Below are positions 47,685-57,890 of a DNA stretch of 64,000 bases, piece by piece. The notes beneath the pieces were generated by a model that saw nothing but the letters and a program-made list of their open reading frames with translations, was not told the DNA's origin and made no database searches. Each line of letters starts with the position of its first letter. Positions within the stretch are counted from its first letter, which is position 1. The stretch is from Bacteroidaceae bacterium (GTDB lineage Bacteria; Bacteroidota; Bacteroidia; Bacteroidales; Bacteroidaceae), in contig JAFNXL010000034.1 of assembly GCA_017379075.1 (NCBI GenBank), positions 1,591-65,590 on the forward strand, given 5' to 3'. A program made the position numbers and the translations under genes.

Positions 47685-49076
47685 ATGATGGAAAATGAGA
47701 TAACGCAATCAGTCCTGTGCTTGCCTTATGCAGACAAAGTGCTGGATGAGGCTTTGAGCTGGGGAGGTGATTATGCTGAAATCTTTGTAGAGAACACCAC
47801 CGTACATAGTTTGGAACTGCAGGACCAACGTGTGAGCCAGACGCAGCAGTCGCTGATTTATGGTGCCGGTATCCGGGTGCTGAAAGATTCTTGTACGGGC
47901 TATGCCTACACTATGGACCTGAGCATGCCGGCCATGATGAATGCCGCACGGTTTGCTGCAACTGCTGGAAACGGTGGTGAGCGATTGTCGGCCGCCGCTC
48001 TTCCGCAGGTGCCGGCCATGCCCCTGCTGGAAGACAATGTGTCCATTGAGCTGATGAAAAAACGTCTGTTGTTGCTGGATGAGACGGTACGCAACTTGGA
48101 TGGACGCATCATCAAGGTGAAAGCTGCCGTGGCCACACGCGACCAACAGGTATTGTTTGTCAATTCGCAAGGATGCAGTTTCACGGACTACCGTCCCCGT
48201 GCAAGTGTTTTCCTGAGAGTGGTGATGGAGCAGGACGGCCAGACACAGATGGGTTTTGCCACATTGTCTTTGCAGAAGGATTTCCATCAATTTTCGGAAA
48301 CGGACTTTACCGATTTGGCCAAAACGGCAGTAGACCGTACGGCCTTCCTCTTTGATGCCGTGCAGCCTGAAGGAGGAGAAATGCCTGTAGTGATGGCGCC
48401 AGGTGCAAGCGGAATACTGATGCACGAAGCCATTGGTCACGCTTTTGAGGCAGATTTCAACCGTGTGGGAACAAGTATCTTTGCCGGCAAGATGGGTCAA
48501 CGTGTCTGTAGGCCTGAAGTGACAATAGTAGATGACGGTACGCAGGCCGAAGATGTGGGCTGTCTCAGATGGGATGATGAAGGCATACCCGGCCAGCGTA
48601 CTGTATTGGTGGACAAGGGTGTGCTGAACAGTTATATGCACGACCGTATCAGTGCCCGTCATTATGGAGTGGAACCTACTGGAAACGGCAGACGAGAGAG
48701 TTTCCGGCATGCCCCTCAACCACGTATGCGAAGCACATACATGATGGCTGGCGAAAGCAATCCGGAAGATATTATTCGTAGTGTGAAGAAAGGTATCTAC
48801 GCCCAAGTCTTCACCAATGGCCAGGTGCAGATTGGTGCGGGAGACTTTACTTTCTATATGAAGCAAGGTTATCTGATTGAGGATGGACATCTTACCCAAC
48901 CCATCCGAGACATCAATGTCATAGGTAACGGCCCACGGGCGCTTGCCGACATTTCCATGGTGGGAAATGATTTGCTGATTGACCATAGTGCAAGCATGTG
49001 CGGTAAGGGTGGCCAAAGTGTGCCGGTAAGCCAGGGACTCCCTACGGTACTTGTGGACAAATTGGTTGTGGGATAA
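47685..49076 (+). CDS. tldD: TldD-family metalloprotease
   Basis: 463 aa with HEAIGHAFEADF (HExxxH). Confidence 0.85.
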   Translation: MMENEITQSVLCLPYADKVLDEALSWGGDYAEIFVENTTVHSLELQDQRVSQTQQSLIYGAGIRVLKDSCTGYAYTMDLSMPAMMNAARFAATAGNGGERLSAAALPQVPAMPLLEDNVSIELMKKRLLLLDETVRNLDGRIIKVKAAVATRDQQVLFVNSQGCSFTDYRPRASVFLRVVMEQDGQTQMGFATLSLQKDFHQFSETDFTDLAKTAVDRTAFLFDAVQPEGGEMPVVMAPGASGILMHEAIGHAFEADFNRVGTSIFAGKMGQRVCRPEVTIVDDGTQAEDVGCLRWDDEGIPGQRTVLVDKGVLNSYMHDRISARHYGVEPTGNGRRESFRHAPQPRMRSTYMMAGESNPEDIIRSVKKGIYAQVFTNGQVQIGAGDFTFYMKQGYLIEDGHLTQPIRDINVIGNGPRALADISMVGNDLLIDHSASMCGKGGQSVPVSQGLPTVLVDKLVVG

Positions 49077-50396
49077 ATGGAAAAAATGAAGAACAAGGAA
49101 ATTACAGAATATGCCATGTCCTTGGCCCTGAAACATGGGTGTCAGGATGTGAAGGTGGTGCTCATGCAGAACAATGAGGATGCCATTGACTTGCGCGATG
49201 GCAAAATGGAACGTATCCATCATGCATTGGCACGCTCGCTGGTGATGAATCTTTTCATTGACGGCAGGGATGGTTTCTTCTACACAAACAAAGTGGAGAA
49301 AGATGGGCTGGAGGCTTTTATCCGTCAGGCGGTGGAAACCACACGGATGCTCGAACCTGATGAGTCGCATACATTGGCCGACCCCTCATTATATTATAAG
49401 GGTGATGGTCCTGCTTTGTGCAACTTCGACGCCACCTTGTCCCAAATGGATCCCCAGGAAAAATTGGCTTTGGCAATGGAGGCAGACAGCCAGTTGGTTG
49501 GCAGCCACCCTTCCATTATCAGTGCCGAGACCCGTTATTCAGACCGCCAATACCAAGGGTGGTATCTCATCAGCAATGGTTTTCAAGGATATGAGGAGTG
49601 CAGTCGTGCCACCCTAACCAGTATCTGTACGGTGGAAGGAACGGACGGTCAACATCCCATGGACGGATGGGGGGAGAGCCGTATCTTTTTCAAGGATATG
49701 CCCCGTCAGGGAATTGCACAGACGGCTTTGGAACGGACATTGCGCAAGGTGGGGCAGCGTCCTGTGCAGTCGGGTAAATACACAATGATAGTGGAGTCGC
49801 CCGTTGCCGGAAACTTGCTTGTGCCCATGTTGTCAGCCATGACAGGGCAGGCGCTTCACCAACGCACATCGTTCCTGCAGAATTGTCAGGATGTCCAGGT
49901 GGGTTCGCCTCTGCTTGATGTGGTGGATGACCCGCTGATTCCCGGCACACGCGGTGCCAGCCATTTTGATGAAGATGGTGTGGCAACAAAACGTAGGATG
50001 ATATTTGAGGAAGGACGGTTGCGGACCTATTTCATAGATACGCCCTCGGCACACAAATTAGGCTTGAAACCCACAACGTTGGGTGTACATCATATGGTGT
50101 TCACACCGGGACAATCCACACTGGAACAACTGATGGGGCAGGCAGGAAAGGCCATTTTGGTGACAGACTTCAATGGCGGAAACTGTGATCCTTCCACGGG
50201 TTATTTCTCCTACGGAATCGAAGGCTTTCTGGTGCAGGGTGGTGTCATAGTACAACCCGTGAGCGGTATGAATGTAACGGGAAACATGCTTGATCTGTGG
50301 AAAAGTCTTGTGGCTGTGGGCAATGATGCAGATCCGTGGGAGGCCGAACTTATTCCTTCTCTGATGTTCTCAGATGTGAACTTCAGTGGAATCTGA
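49077..50396 (+). CDS. pmbA: TldD/PmbA-family protein (PmbA-like partner)
   Basis: 439 aa. It starts immediately after the tldD stop and has a family-like C-terminal region. Confidence 0.7.
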   Translation: MEKMKNKEITEYAMSLALKHGCQDVKVVLMQNNEDAIDLRDGKMERIHHALARSLVMNLFIDGRDGFFYTNKVEKDGLEAFIRQAVETTRMLEPDESHTLADPSLYYKGDGPALCNFDATLSQMDPQEKLALAMEADSQLVGSHPSIISAETRYSDRQYQGWYLISNGFQGYEECSRATLTSICTVEGTDGQHPMDGWGESRIFFKDMPRQGIAQTALERTLRKVGQRPVQSGKYTMIVESPVAGNLLVPMLSAMTGQALHQRTSFLQNCQDVQVGSPLLDVVDDPLIPGTRGASHFDEDGVATKRRMIFEEGRLRTYFIDTPSAHKLGLKPTTLGVHHMVFTPGQSTLEQLMGQAGKAILVTDFNGGNCDPSTGYFSYGIEGFLVQGGVIVQPVSGMNVTGNMLDLWKSLVAVGNDADPWEAELIPSLMFSDVNFSGI

Positions 50397-50403
50397 ACGT
50401 AAT

Positions 50404-51495
50404 TTATTCCAGTACCTCTTGCAACTTTTCCTCCAATTGCGTCCCTCGCAGATTGGTGGCAACGACTCGCCCTTCAGGGTCAAAAAGTATGGTGGCTGGG
50501 ATGGAGCGTATGTTGTAGGCCTGAGCACCTTTGCTATACCAGCCTTTCAGGTCTGACAAATGATTCCATTCCAGTTCCAATTGTTTGACGGCCTTTTCCC
50601 ATGCAGTCCTGTTGTTATCAAGTGAGATTCCCACAATGTCAAAACCCTTGTCCTTGTATTTCTGGTAGGCGGCTTTGACGTGGGGCATTTCCCTGATGCA
50701 CGGCCCGCACCAACTTGCCCAGAAATCCACCAGTATATATTTGCCCTTGCCTACAAAATCGGAAAGTTTTCTTTCCTGTCCTGTAATGTCGGGCATGGTG
50801 AAGTCTATCATCTTGCCGGAAGCCTTTGCTTTTTCCGACTTTATTCTTTCATGAACCGACTTCAGGCTCGGACGGTCCTTATACGCATAGATTTTGAGAA
50901 ACTTTTCAGCAAAGTCGATGCCCATATCCTCAATGCCTTGCTGTAACAGCAGGACAGGGATGATGTTGTTGCGGTTCACAACCATACTTTCCTGCATGAT
51001 GGTCTTTATTTCATCTTTAATCTGTTCGCGTTGCCTTTTGATCCGTGCGACTGCCGCATCGGTTAGGTTTCCTTTTTGTGCCAAAGCGTTATATTCCTGG
51101 ATGAGGCTGACGTTCTTGTTCCCGGTTTCTTTCAGTTTTGTGAGGATGGCTTGGAAATTCTCGTTCAATTCCGAGGCTCTTTTCAACTTCATTGTGCCGT
51201 TTCCGGTCTTTTCCATCTTCAGGGGCTTGTCATCAAGGACAAGCATGCAGGTGCTTCCGCTCAGTGTTCTGTTGCTTGATATGCAGGCCATGACTGGCAT
51301 TGCCGTTTCTCCTCTGAAACGTATGGTGCCGTCTTTTTGTGCTTCGGTGCTGTCTATCAAGGTTTGGTCTTCCATGGAGATGAGGTAGGCCATACCCTTG
51401 ATTGTGCTTTCGTCCAAAGTGACGTCATACGAGATTTGTGCCTGTGCGGTCTGCAAGGCGGCCAGACAAAGTAATGTAATGTATGTCTTTTTCAT
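50404..51495 (-). CDS. TlpA-like thiol-disulfide oxidoreductase with an N-terminal extension
   Basis: 363 aa. Signal peptide and thioredoxin motif WASWCGPC. Confidence 0.8.
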   Translation of the reverse strand: MKKTYITLLCLAALQTAQAQISYDVTLDESTIKGMAYLISMEDQTLIDSTEAQKDGTIRFRGETAMPVMACISSNRTLSGSTCMLVLDDKPLKMEKTGNGTMKLKRASELNENFQAILTKLKETGNKNVSLIQEYNALAQKGNLTDAAVARIKRQREQIKDEIKTIMQESMVVNRNNIIPVLLLQQGIEDMGIDFAEKFLKIYAYKDRPSLKSVHERIKSEKAKASGKMIDFTMPDITGQERKLSDFVGKGKYILVDFWASWCGPCIREMPHVKAAYQKYKDKGFDIVGISLDNNRTAWEKAVKQLELEWNHLSDLKGWYSKGAQAYNIRSIPATILFDPEGRVVATNLRGTQLEEKLQEVLE

Positions 51496-51527
51496 AAACA
51501 GTCTTCTTTTATGGGGTTTCCTTGGTG

Positions 51528-51535
51528 CAAAGATA
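51528..51535 (-). promoter_or_regulatory. -7 box (TATCTTTG) upstream of the TlpA-like gene
   Basis: It lies 33 nt upstream of the ATG. A second identical gcaaagatagtg box is at 51601-51612. Confidence 0.4.
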
Positions 51536-51739
51536 GTGCAAACGAGTGAATAAAGCTCGCTTTATTTTCAACGAGTGCAGCCAATCTTCGCTATTGCTAT
51601 TGCAAAGATAGTGAAAATAACACACAACGACACCATTTTTTCATAAATGATTAAGGGAATCCGGTCCTATTTTTATGTATTATCCGTTTTTGGCCTGTTA
51701 AAATACGTCAGATAGGGTGGGGAAGTCGGCGAATATTCA

Positions 51740-51747
51740 TATCTTTG
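51740..51747 (+). promoter_or_regulatory. -7 box (TATCTTTG) upstream of the HD-domain gene
   Basis: It ends 10 nt before the ATG at 51757, which implies a very short leader. Confidence 0.4.
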
Positions 51748-51756
51748 TATCCAGTT

Positions 51757-52308
51757 ATGAGCGAACTTGACATCACACCGGAAGAACTGATTGCGCGATA
51801 CTATGCGCAACAGCCTGAATTGCAGCAGATGCTGCTGGAACATAGTCGGGCCGTGGCTACACGGGCATTGCATATTGCCAGCCGTCATCCCGAATGGAAT
51901 ATTGACCAAAAGTTTGTTTACGAGGCAGCTATGCTTCATGACATAGGCATCCTGTACACCGATGCCCAGGGTATACATTGTTATGGCCGCCACCCCTATC
52001 TGATGCATGGCCTTTTGGGCGGCAACATCTTGCGCCATGAAGGCCTGTACAGACATGCGCGGGTGGCAGAGCGGCACACGGGTACAGGGTTGAAGGCAGA
52101 GACCATCATCGAACGCAGTTTGCCCCTTCCGGTAATGGATTGGGAACCTGTCACATTGGAGGAAAAACTTGTCTGCTATGCCGATAAATTCTATTCCAAG
52201 AGCCGGATTGGCGAAGAGAAGACCCATGAGCAGGTTTTGCGAAGTTTGGCAAAATTCGGCACATCGGGAGTCGAAATTTTCAAACAATGGACGGAATTGT
52301 TTGAATAG
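51757..52308 (+). CDS. HD-domain phosphohydrolase
   Basis: HDIG motif (AAMLHDIGILY). The start was set at MSELDITPEE. Confidence 0.7.
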   Translation: MSELDITPEELIARYYAQQPELQQMLLEHSRAVATRALHIASRHPEWNIDQKFVYEAAMLHDIGILYTDAQGIHCYGRHPYLMHGLLGGNILRHEGLYRHARVAERHTGTGLKAETIIERSLPLPVMDWEPVTLEEKLVCYADKFYSKSRIGEEKTHEQVLRSLAKFGTSGVEIFKQWTELFE

Positions 52309-52334
52309 AGTGGGCATGTTTGCGTAAAAAGTCG

Positions 52335-52342
52335 TATCTTTG
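52335..52342 (+). promoter_or_regulatory. -7 box (TATCTTTG)
   Basis: It lies 38 nt upstream of the GTG at 52380. Confidence 0.4.
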
Positions 52343-52379
52343 CACCTCAAATTTTCTAATTTATATTTAAAGTACACGC

Positions 52380-55166
52380 GTGAAGCATAAGCTGATAATC
52401 CTTGTTTCGGTATTAAGTGCGGTTTTCGCACTTAGTTCTACGCCTGTCGGTGCGTATGCTTCTTCGCAGATTTTGCGCGATACCACAGAACGTTCCAAGA
52501 ACGATTCTCTGGTTCCCGATTCCATTCCCACTGCACCTTACACCATCTTGCCCGATACCACACAGGATACGCTGACGGTTGACACCACACGCCGGAGCAG
52601 TTCGGCTTTGGACATGCCCGTTACATACGAGGCGCAGGACTCCATCACTTTTGACTATTCCAAGATGCGTGCCACTTTGTTCGGTTCAAGTAAGGTAACA
52701 TATACCAACCTTGAACTTACGGCCGACCGCATATCCATGAGTATGGACAGCAGTCTGGTGCATGCCACGGGAACGCCTGACAGTACAGGCGCCATAAAAG
52801 GTAAGCCATTGTTCAAACAGGGAGAGGACGAGTACGAACCCGACGAGATTGACTATAACTTCAAGACGGGAAAGGCCTACATCTCCAATGTCTACACCGA
52901 ACAGGGCGAGGGCTTTATGATGAGTGAGGGCGGAAAGCGAGACAGCACCGGCGTAATGTATGTGGAGAAAGGACGCTATACCACTTGCGATGCAGAGAAT
53001 CCCCACTTTTATTTGTCCATGACAAGAGCCAAGGTGCGCCCTGGCAAGGAGGTTATTTTCGGCCCCGCCAGCCTGGTTGTCTGTGATGTGCCGCTTCCGT
53101 TGGCCATTCCTTACGGCTTCTTCCCCTTTACCAGCAGTTATTCCAGCGGTATCATCATGCCCACTTATGGCGATGAGTCCACCCGAGGCTTTTACTTGCG
53201 CGATGGAGGATATTATTTTGCCGTGAGCGACTTCTTCGATGCCAAAGTGTTGGGCGAAATCTACACCAAGGGTTCTTGGGGTGTTTCGGCACAGACCAAC
53301 TACAAAAAGCGTTACCGTTTCAGCGGTAGCCTCTATTTCAGCCACCAGACCAGCAAGGAGGGCGAGAAGAACATGCCCGACTACAATGTGAGCAAGAGCT
53401 TCAAGATTACATGGAGCCACCGTCAGGACACCAAGGCCAATCCCACCCAGAGTTTCTCTGCCAGTGTGAACTTCGCCACCAGCAGTTACGAGCGTAACAA
53501 CCTGACCAGTATGTATAATCCTGAAAGTCTTACGCAGAGTACCCGAACCAGTAGTGTCTCTTACAGCAAGTCTTTCAACGATATCGGTCTGACATTGAGT
53601 GGAACCTTCAACTTGAGCCAGAATATGCGAGACAGCAGTATTGCCTTGACACTGCCCACTCTGAACGTCTCGCTCAGCAAGTTCTATCCTTTCAAACGAA
53701 AGAAGATGGCGGGAAAGGAACGCTGGTATGAGAAGATTTCCGCCAGCTATACCGGAACGCTTACCAATAGCATCAACACGAAGGAAGACCTGCTCTTCAA
53801 GAGCAACCTGATTAAGGACTGGCGTAACGGTATGCGCCATCAGGTGCCCATCAACGCCACATTCAACGTGCTGAACTATATTAACGTTACGCCCAGTTTC
53901 AACTTTACCGACCGTACATATACGAACAAGGTGATGCAGTCCTGGGACACCGAGAGCAATGCGGTACAACGTGATACTTTGTATGGCTTCTACAACGTCT
54001 ATAACTACAACCTCAGTGTAAGCGCCAATACCAAACTGTACGGATTCTATCGTCCCATGCCTTGGTTTGGCGGCAAGAAGATACAGGCCATTCGCCATGT
54101 CTTCACACCTACGGTAAGTTTCAGTTATGCCCCCGACTTCAGCAAGCAACGATACGGATTCTGGGATTCTTATGTCAGAACCGATGCCGATGGCAACGTG
54201 TCTACGGTAATGTACTCCCCCTATAGTAGTGGTGCATACGGAACGGTATCGCAGGGTATGACTGGAAGTGTGTCCATGGACGTTTCAAATAATGTGGAAA
54301 TGAAGATCCGTACGGATAAGGATAGTACGGGATACAAGAAAATCAGTCTGATTGACGAATTGGGTGCCAGCATGAGTTATAACATGGCGGCCAAGAGCAA
54401 GCCTTGGAGCGACTTGGATATGCGCATCCGTTTGAAGTTGACCAAGAGCTATACATTCTCCTTGAATGCCCGCTTTGCCACTTATGCCTATGATATGGAT
54501 GAGAACGGCCGTGTCTTTGTGAGTGACAAGACGGAGTATTCTCAGGGCCGCTTCGGTCGTTTCCAAGGAATGTCCCAGAACCTTTCTTATACCATCAACA
54601 ACCAGACCTTCCAGAAACTGTTTGGCAAAAAGGATGAGGGAACCACACTTGGCGCATCGGATGATGACGGCGAGTATGATGATGAGGAAGATACCGACCC
54701 CAATATGCAGAACGTAGACCCTGACCGCAAGAAAGCGCGAGAGGGAAACAACGAGAATGCAGATGGCGGTGTGGATGAGGACGGCTATCTGAAGTTTACC
54801 TTGCCTTGGAGCTTTACCGTTAGTTATGGTGTGTCCATGAAGGAGAACACCACAGCGAAGATCAACCCCAACCGCATGCGTTATCCCTATAAGCTCACGC
54901 ATACGATGAACTTCTCCGGTAACCTGCGAATTGCAGAAGGATGGAACATCAACTTCTCTTCCGGTTACGACTTCAATTACCATAAGCTCAGTATGACAAC
55001 CGCCTCCCTTTCGCGCGACCTGCACTGTTTCAGCATGAGCTGTAGTGTGGTACTCCGTCCGTACATGAGTTATAACTTTACGTTTGCGGCCAATGCAAGC
55101 ACACTGACCGATGCGCTCAAGTGGAAGAAGCAAAGTTCTTACAGCAGCAACATCGACTGGTATTAA
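52380..55166 (+). CDS. Large outer-membrane protein, putative LptD/OstA-like LPS-assembly protein
   Basis: 928 aa. Signal peptide, an OstA-like N-terminal region, and beta-strand-rich, aromatic-rich sequence ending in ...NIDWY. Confidence 0.55.
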   Translation: MKHKLIILVSVLSAVFALSSTPVGAYASSQILRDTTERSKNDSLVPDSIPTAPYTILPDTTQDTLTVDTTRRSSSALDMPVTYEAQDSITFDYSKMRATLFGSSKVTYTNLELTADRISMSMDSSLVHATGTPDSTGAIKGKPLFKQGEDEYEPDEIDYNFKTGKAYISNVYTEQGEGFMMSEGGKRDSTGVMYVEKGRYTTCDAENPHFYLSMTRAKVRPGKEVIFGPASLVVCDVPLPLAIPYGFFPFTSSYSSGIIMPTYGDESTRGFYLRDGGYYFAVSDFFDAKVLGEIYTKGSWGVSAQTNYKKRYRFSGSLYFSHQTSKEGEKNMPDYNVSKSFKITWSHRQDTKANPTQSFSASVNFATSSYERNNLTSMYNPESLTQSTRTSSVSYSKSFNDIGLTLSGTFNLSQNMRDSSIALTLPTLNVSLSKFYPFKRKKMAGKERWYEKISASYTGTLTNSINTKEDLLFKSNLIKDWRNGMRHQVPINATFNVLNYINVTPSFNFTDRTYTNKVMQSWDTESNAVQRDTLYGFYNVYNYNLSVSANTKLYGFYRPMPWFGGKKIQAIRHVFTPTVSFSYAPDFSKQRYGFWDSYVRTDADGNVSTVMYSPYSSGAYGTVSQGMTGSVSMDVSNNVEMKIRTDKDSTGYKKISLIDELGASMSYNMAAKSKPWSDLDMRIRLKLTKSYTFSLNARFATYAYDMDENGRVFVSDKTEYSQGRFGRFQGMSQNLSYTINNQTFQKLFGKKDEGTTLGASDDDGEYDDEEDTDPNMQNVDPDRKKAREGNNENADGGVDEDGYLKFTLPWSFTVSYGVSMKENTTAKINPNRMRYPYKLTHTMNFSGNLRIAEGWNINFSSGYDFNYHKLSMTTASLSRDLHCFSMSCSVVLRPYMSYNFTFAANASTLTDALKWKKQSSYSSNIDWY

Positions 55167-55222
55167 TGGAACCAAGCATAATCACAACTATACATTATAT
55201 ATATAAATAAGGTAAAAGAGAA

Positions 55223-55948
55223 ATGAAAATGAAAACAAGACTTTTGGCGGCCTGTACTTTTGTAAGTGGCCTCTTTATGGCATCGTGTGGCGATATGGAT
55301 CAGCATCAGCTGATGATTGCTTACCCTGCTCAGGGTTATAGCATTCTGTTTGCAGACCAGACAGTGGATTCCATTTCTTTCCTCACTTTTGACAGTTGGA
55401 AAATCATTATACACAATAATGAATGGATTCGCGTAACCGGAGACGAGAGTGGAACCATCAAGCACGATAACGACAAGCGTTATTGGGTAACCACAGAGTT
55501 GGAATTTGCCCCCAACACCAATCGCCACTCCCGTATCGGCGCAGTGGAAGTGCAGTCATACGACTATCAGGTGGGTGCCCGGTATCTTCAGTTTGGCCAC
55601 CTTGATATTACACGTCCCTCGGCCAAGGTGGAGACCAAACTTCCCAACAGCACCATACCCGATTCTGTTTCCTTCTGTCTCGCCGACAGTGCATTTATCC
55701 TGACCGACTCATTGTGCTTTGATGTACATAACGCTTGGGAACTTGTCCGTAAGGACAACGGTGAGCAGGTAGATTGGGTAAAGTTTGACAAACAATATGG
55801 AAAACCCGGACGCAACCGTCTGATCGTTACGTTTGAGGAAAACGAAGATACCACAGACCGTAGCGTGGTGTTTGAACTGAAGAGTGGCCGTGTGTCCAAT
55901 GACATTACCATCAAGCAATTTGGACGTAAGAAAAAGGAAAACGAGTAA
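55223..55948 (+). CDS. Hypothetical lipoprotein
   Basis: 241 aa with signal peptide and lipobox (LFMASC). Confidence 0.55.
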   Translation: MKMKTRLLAACTFVSGLFMASCGDMDQHQLMIAYPAQGYSILFADQTVDSISFLTFDSWKIIIHNNEWIRVTGDESGTIKHDNDKRYWVTTELEFAPNTNRHSRIGAVEVQSYDYQVGARYLQFGHLDITRPSAKVETKLPNSTIPDSVSFCLADSAFILTDSLCFDVHNAWELVRKDNGEQVDWVKFDKQYGKPGRNRLIVTFEENEDTTDRSVVFELKSGRVSNDITIKQFGRKKKENE

Positions 55949-56001
55949 TAAATCCAAAAAGAAAGCGATGCCGAATCTGATTCCGCATCGCTTTCTTTTT
56001 G

Positions 56002-56706
56002 TTATTTGACTCTTATACGTTTTATCGTAACTTCTTTCAACGGATGTTCGGAAGCGTCCACCGGAATCTTGTTGATGTATTCCACAACCTTCATGCCATC
56101 CACCACTTCGCCAAAGATGGTGTAGTCGCCGTCCAGATGCGGACAGCCGCCTTTTGTGGTATAGGTCTGCTTCTGCTGTTCGTTCAGTGCCGGCAGTTTG
56201 AACGCAGGCTCCGTGTCTCTTCTTGATTGCCACAATTCTGCTAAAGAACCGCGGTTGAACTTTTTTCCGGAAACGATGTAGAAGTGTGTGCCACTGCTTT
56301 CGCGCTTCACGTTGACGCTGTCCGGTTGGCGTGCCATGGCCAATGCACCGGCCTTGTGGTAATATTTCGGGTAGCGTATTTCCGCCGGAATGGTGTGGCG
56401 GTATTTGTCCGCGTCAACTGTGGGAGCTGCCCCTCCTGCTTTTTGTGTGGGCTCTCCGCTCTGTATGGTTCCTTCGGGCACAATCCTGTTCCAGATGATG
56501 TCTTCATATACGCCCTCGTTTATCATCTTGATAAAGTTGTCACGGTGAAGAGGCGTGTCGTCGTAAAGACGCAATGTGATGTCGCCCCGGCTGGTCTCAA
56601 TGACCACTTCGGTCTTTCCTATGGCATCGCGTTTGCTGTCCGAACAGGCACCGAACAAGGTGGCTATCACACAGACAATGGGAAGGTAAATGTACTTGTA
56701 ATGCAT
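56002..56706 (-). CDS. Peptidyl-prolyl cis-trans isomerase (cyclophilin type), exported
   Basis: 234 aa with LHRDNFIKMI, GALAMAR and THFYIV. Confidence 0.85.
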   Translation of the reverse strand: MHYKYIYLPIVCVIATLFGACSDSKRDAIGKTEVVIETSRGDITLRLYDDTPLHRDNFIKMINEGVYEDIIWNRIVPEGTIQSGEPTQKAGGAAPTVDADKYRHTIPAEIRYPKYYHKAGALAMARQPDSVNVKRESSGTHFYIVSGKKFNRGSLAELWQSRRDTEPAFKLPALNEQQKQTYTTKGGCPHLDGDYTIFGEVVDGMKVVEYINKIPVDASEHPLKEVTIKRIRVK

Positions 56707-56758
56707 GGCGTTTGGTGTTTTCTTTGTGCAAACTTACAAAAAATAATGCATAGATACG

Positions 56759-56788
56759 AAAAAATCCGAAAGAAACTTTCGGATTTTT
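56759..56788 (-). terminator. Intrinsic terminator downstream of tRNA-Gly
   Basis: 12-bp stem aaaatccgaaag / ctttcggatttt with a 3-nt loop. A T-run follows on the minus strand. Confidence 0.7.
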
Positions 56789-56794
56789 CTTGTG

Positions 56795-56867
56795 AGCGGA
56801 AGACGGGGCTCAAACCCGCGACCCCCAGCTTGGAAGGCTAGTGCTCTATCGACTGAGCTACTTCCGC
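56795..56867 (-). tRNA. tRNA-Gly (anticodon UCC)
   Basis: The reverse complement GCGGAAGTAGCTCAGTCGATAGAGCACTAGCCTTCCAAGCTGGGGGTCGCGGGTTTGAGCCCCGTCTTCCGCT folds as a cloverleaf. The acceptor stem is GCGGAAG/CTTCCGC and the anticodon loop is CTTCCAA. Confidence 0.9.
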
Positions 56868-57026
56868 AAACTTTTATTTGCGCTGCATTTCTGCATTGCG
56901 GGTGCAAAATTAGTGCATTATTGCGATATACACAAATTTTTACCTTGAAAATTTCAATATAAAAAGCAAATTCTTGCATGGGCCTTTAAAATTACCGAAA
57001 AAAGAAATTTCGTAACGAATCTTTTT

Positions 57027-57034
57027 GTATCTTT
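57027..57034 (+). promoter_or_regulatory. -7 box (TATCTTTG)
   Basis: It lies 88 nt upstream of the ATG at 57122. Confidence 0.35.
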
Positions 57035-57121
57035 GCATCAGACAGTTGTGCTTTTTCTTATATATATGCGCGTCTGTTTGTGTTTAGACAAAGAAAAGAA
57101 CAATTAAATTTAACTGACAAA

Positions 57122-57835
57122 ATGTTTGCAAATAATTATCTGACACAGGAACAACAGATAGTCCTGTCCCGCAGTTTCTCAGTCCTGATGCGTAATGTGT
57201 ATACATGGATGTCTCTTGGACTGGTCATGACAGCCTTTACGGCACTTTTTGTTTCAAAGAGCGAAGCTTTGGTCTATTCCATTGCCACCACTCCCGCATT
57301 GATGTGGGGACTGTTCATTGCCGAACTGGCAATGGTCATCATCCTCTCTGCCCGCATCATGAGAATGTCCTTCCTTACAGCTGGCCTTATGTTTGCCGCC
57401 TATGCCATCCTCAATGGTGTCACCCTCTCGTTTATCTTCCTGGCCTACACGGCACAAAGCATAGCCCAGACTTTCTTTATCACAGCAGGCACATTTGGTG
57501 CCATGTCACTTGTGGGATTCTTCATCAAGAAAGACTTGTCCACTATGGGTCGCATGTTGTATATGTTGCTGATTGGCTTGATTATCGCCACCGTGGTGAA
57601 CATCTTTGTGGCCAGTTCCGGCCTTGCCATGATCATCAATTATGCCGGTGTGGCCATATTTGTGGGACTCACCGCTTATGATACCCAGAAGATCAAGCAC
57701 ATGATGCTCTCTTACGGAGCCGCTGGTGTGACAGACGGGACCAATAAGCTGGCTCTGCTTGGTAGCCTTACGCTTTATCTGGATTTCATCAACTTGTTCC
57801 TCTATTTGCTGAGATTTTTCGGAGACAGAAAGTAA
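57122..57835 (+). CDS. Bax inhibitor-1/YccA-family membrane protein
   Basis: Seven hydrophobic segments and the YDTQK motif. The start was set at MFANNYLTQEQ. Confidence 0.8.
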   Translation: MFANNYLTQEQQIVLSRSFSVLMRNVYTWMSLGLVMTAFTALFVSKSEALVYSIATTPALMWGLFIAELAMVIILSARIMRMSFLTAGLMFAAYAILNGVTLSFIFLAYTAQSIAQTFFITAGTFGAMSLVGFFIKKDLSTMGRMLYMLLIGLIIATVVNIFVASSGLAMIINYAGVAIFVGLTAYDTQKIKHMMLSYGAAGVTDGTNKLALLGSLTLYLDFINLFLYLLRFFGDRK

Positions 57836-57890
57836 TCCTGCTTTCTGCCTCTCCTTTTCCCATTTATAAACCATGATTCTAACACAGAAA

